A stretch of 39,583 bases of DNA, taken from positions 1-39,583 of IMG/VR virus record IMGVR_UViG_3300021978_000180; one strand, written 5' to 3'. Position numbers and translations under genes: made by a program. Of the stretch, positions 37,071 to 39,583 are shown in pieces. Numbering within the stretch: position 1 is the stretch's first letter; every line of letters begins with the position of its first letter. This DNA comes from a virus (taxonomy: Duplodnaviria > Caudoviricetes). Below the pieces are notes generated by a model that ran no database searches, had not been told where the DNA came from, and saw only the letters and a program-made list of their open reading frames with translations.

Positions 37071-38189
37071 ATGTTTTATCTGTATTTTCCCCTACAATAC
37101 TTTTTAATCGTCTTATTATCCCCTGTCAGATGGATGATAAATCTGATAGTTAGAAATCTATGGACGGATTTTGATTTTGATATGAATAAACTAAACCATA
37201 AAGCAAAAGTAAATCTTAAAGAATTTGCAAAACAAACAAGAGAAAGACTTATTAACAACATTGAAGACTTAGTTTTTCATGGGGATTCAGCGAAATTTTT
37301 ATCACTTTTGCTTGTCTCAACTAACGATGAAAAGGTTTTAAAAGCATTCAAAAGCTACATAAAAGACGGAAAGTTTTTCAGAAAGCCGGGGGTAATCACA
37401 AAAAAAGCATTTAGCGGAGATATGTTTGCAGGATATTCTTATGCCCTGCTTGATTTGTTTTATAAAAGAGAACTTGATAAAGACCCTGAATTTAAAAATG
37501 AATTAATAAAAGTCCTTGAAAACTCTATTTTTAAAAAGCCTTACTTCCAGATAAAAAGTTACAGTAAAACAGCAGATAGAGGTTATCTAATTAGATGGTT
37601 CTTTGCGAATGCAGGTCATTTTTTACCGGTTCTTACGCTCCTTCAGCTTCTTTGGAGACTAACAAGGAAAAGAAAATATCTTCTATTTTACTATGCTATA
37701 TTTCCAATTGCCGCATTAGATATCATCATAAACCCTACATTTGCAATCAGATTTAAAAACTATAGATATATGCAGTGGTATTATATTCATTCAAACTTTC
37801 TCTATTACCAAACTCTTTTCAAAATGACGGGCAATCCTGTTTATTTATATGGAATGAAATTTATGCACAGAAGATTTCCTTTCAATCCGGAATTTGCTGC
37901 AGTGATGGGAGATTTTGAAACTGCATATATGCACCTGACTGATTATACATATCAATCAAAAGAACATAATAAAAAAGCTGAGCTCAAATTTAAAAAAAGA
38001 ATAGTTAAAAATTTAAAAGATGTAATAAGAAGAAGACCTGCCGAGTACGAGGAATTTACAGAGATCCTTCCCCCAAGAACACGCAAGAATGACTATCAAT
38101 GGGAAAAATCTATGGATTGGAACGAATGGAAAGATACCCCTTTAGCCGGGATAGATTTTTTACATGTTTTATCAAAAATCTCAAAATAG
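37071..38189 (+). CDS. Hypothetical protein, last prophage gene
   Basis: 372 aa, AGGAG RBS, aromatic-rich and probably helical; no family recognised. Confidence 0.7.
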   Translation: MFYLYFPLQYFLIVLLSPVRWMINLIVRNLWTDFDFDMNKLNHKAKVNLKEFAKQTRERLINNIEDLVFHGDSAKFLSLLLVSTNDEKVLKAFKSYIKDGKFFRKPGVITKKAFSGDMFAGYSYALLDLFYKRELDKDPEFKNELIKVLENSIFKKPYFQIKSYSKTADRGYLIRWFFANAGHFLPVLTLLQLLWRLTRKRKYLLFYYAIFPIAALDIIINPTFAIRFKNYRYMQWYYIHSNFLYYQTLFKMTGNPVYLYGMKFMHRRFPFNPEFAAVMGDFETAYMHLTDYTYQSKEHNKKAELKFKKRIVKNLKDVIRRRPAEYEEFTEILPPRTRKNDYQWEKSMDWNEWKDTPLAGIDFLHVLSKISK

Positions 38190-38202
38190 AAATCTTCAAA
38201 AC

Positions 38203-38330
38203 TGTCCCATTTTTTCCGGACAAACTGAAAAAGGTCAAAAACATGTTTCTGGGACACCTTTTTGGTTATTGAATATCAAGAGTTTGCGAAGGTGGGGGTG
38301 TCCCAAAAAAATCGGAAATTATAGATTTCA
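38203..38330. repeat. Probable right-end transposase binding sites
   Basis: TGTCCCA at 38203 (+), 38256-38250 (-) and 38299 (+); the two + copies continue N7-CGGA. Confidence 0.55.
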
Positions 38331-38334
38331 TTTA

Positions 38335-38425
38335 TGGCGGAGGGAGAGGGATTCGAACCCCCGGAGGGCTGTTAACCCTCAAGTGATTTCAAATCACCCG
38401 CCTTCGTCCGCTCGGCCATCCCTCC
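38335..38425 (-). tRNA. tRNA-Ser (anticodon TGA)
   Basis: GGAGGGA acceptor stem, anticodon loop TTTGAAA, long variable arm, GTTCGAATC T-loop, encoded CCA. Confidence 0.95.
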
Positions 38426-38440
38426 TTATGAGAGAATTAT

Positions 38441-38469
38441 ATTATAATAATCAAACCTAATTTTTTCAA
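38441..38469 (-). promoter_or_regulatory. Sigma70 promoter of tRNA-Ser
   Basis: TTGAAA-N17-TATAAT, ending 15 nt upstream of the tRNA. Confidence 0.7.
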
Positions 38470-38483
38470 GAGGTTTATTTGTT

Positions 38484-39071
38484 ATGCTTGAAGAATTTGT
38501 AGAAGAAATTTTTATAGAAAGTGCAAATTTAAAAAAAGAATTTGTTTTTGAATATGCTGAAGATATAGTAAATCTTGGATTATTAATAGCAAAGAGATTA
38601 GAAATGGGATATAAAATTTTAATTTGTGGAAATGGCGGAAGTGCAGCAGATAGCCAGCATTTTGCAGCGGAAATAATTGGTAGATTTGAAAAAAATAGAA
38701 AAGCTTACCCAGCTATAGCTTTAACAACAGATACTTCTGCCTTAACTGCAATAGGAAATGATTATGGTTTTGATGAAATATTCTCAAGACAAGTAGAAGC
38801 TCTTGGGAGAAAAGGAGATATTCTAATAGGAATATCAACTAGTGGAAACTCAGTCAATGTTATAAAAGCAGTAGAAAAAGCAAAAGAATTGAATTTATTT
38901 ACAGTTGGATTTTTAGGAAGAGATGGAGGAAAATTAAAGGATATAGTGGATAAAGCTTTTATAGTTAAGCACAATAACACTGCAAGAATACAAGAAGTTC
39001 ATTTAACATTAGAACATACATTATGCAAAATTATAGAGATGTATTTAACAGGAGAAATATCTAAAAGCTAA
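38484..39071 (+). CDS. gmhA: D-sedoheptulose 7-phosphate isomerase
   Basis: [30 protein letters not shown] and TARIQEVH. Confidence 0.96.
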   Translation: MLEEFVEEIFIESANLKKEFVFEYAEDIVNLGLLIAKRLEMGYKILICGNGGSAADSQHFAAEIIGRFEKNRKAYPAIALTTDTSALTAIGNDYGFDEIFSRQVEALGRKGDILIGISTSGNSVNVIKAVEKAKELNLFTVGFLGRDGGKLKDIVDKAFIVKHNNTARIQEVHLTLEHTLCKIIEMYLTGEISKS

Positions 39072-39583
39072 TTACTTAACAGTTTTATTTTATCTTCTAA
39101 CCACTTCTTATATTTACCATCAGAAAGTTCTAAAGCTTTTTTATACATATTAAGTGCCATTTGCTTTTCTCCTAACTTTTCATAAATTTTTCCTGCTTTT
39201 ACAGCAAACTTTGTGTTCCCTTCTTCTGCTAAGTTTTCAAAAATTTCCGCAGCAGCGTAAAGATTTTTTTCCCTTAAATAAATTTTTCCCAATGCTTTTG
39301 CTACAAGATTAGGATTTGAAAGTTTGTAATAAGCCTCTTCTAAAATTAGCTTAGATTTTTTTTGTTTTCCCAGTTTTTCGTAAGACTTATGCAGTAAATA
39401 ATATGTTTTATCTAAAAGATTATCGTTCTTTACATTACTAATTATTTTTCTTGAATATCTTATAGCTGCTTTATAGTGTTTTAATCTAAAGTTAAACAAG
39501 GCTATCTTATAGAGTATGTAATAATCTGGATTTAATTGGTAGGCTTTTCTATAAAAATACAATGAACTTATAATATCCCTTTT
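39068..39583 (-). CDS. TPR-repeat protein (5' end beyond window)
   Basis: TPR-like helices ([16 protein letters not shown]...YKKAL); frame stays open to the window edge. Confidence 0.75.
   Translation of the reverse strand, partial: KRDIISSLYFYRKAYQLNPDYYILYKIALFNFRLKHYKAAIRYSRKIISNVKNDNLLDKTYYLLHKSYEKLGKQKKSKLILEEAYYKLSNPNLVAKALGKIYLREKNLYAAAEIFENLAEEGNTKFAVKAGKIYEKLGEKQMALNMYKKALELSDGKYKKWLEDKIKLLSN

Larger units (their letters stand above)
1..38330. mobile_element. Transposable (Mu-like) prophage, contractile-tail type; left end outside window, right end approximate
   Basis: DDE transposase and adjacent AAA ATPase, Mu gp27/gp28-like terminase subunits, MuF, capsid, sheath, tube, baseplate and lysis genes. 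No tyrosine or serine integrase in the window. TGTCCCA repeats at 38203-38305, then host tRNA and gmhA. Confidence 0.9.

Noticed and set aside
38164-38460. 98 aa ORF spanning the prophage end
   Set aside because: Overlaps the end repeats and the tRNA on the opposite strand; spurious.

Overview
Positions 1 to about 38,330 are most of a transposable (Mu-like) prophage with a contractile tail; its left end lies outside the window. Its apparent right end abuts the 3' end of a host tRNA-Ser(UGA), followed by host gmhA and a TPR gene. The layout is unusual. The control and transposition block (CI-like repressor, Ner/Cro-like and CII-like regulators, ParB-HTH protein, DDE transposase, MuB-like ATPase, DnaC-like ATPase, HU) is central, and morphogenesis genes are split into two divergent arms with a scrambled order. 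The strongest unexplained signal is a 17-bp motif, TGTCCAACCTGTCCTAA, present nine times and always exactly 20 nt upstream of a TAnnnT -10-like hexamer. Six copies head late structural modules. The other three point antisense into the early operon. Each of these sits upstream of an apparently leaderless small membrane-protein gene that overlaps tail-to-tail with another small membrane-protein gene, giving three cassettes interleaved between early regulators. Also present: a MuF-type head protein with a putative toxin extension and candidate immunity gene, an ImmA/IrrE plus PIN (DUF4411-like) pair, a frameshifted HsdR-N-like nuclease, three 39-40 bp palindromes and a likely -1 frameshift in a displaced tail chaperone. 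All product calls come from motifs and synteny read by eye; no database searches were run.
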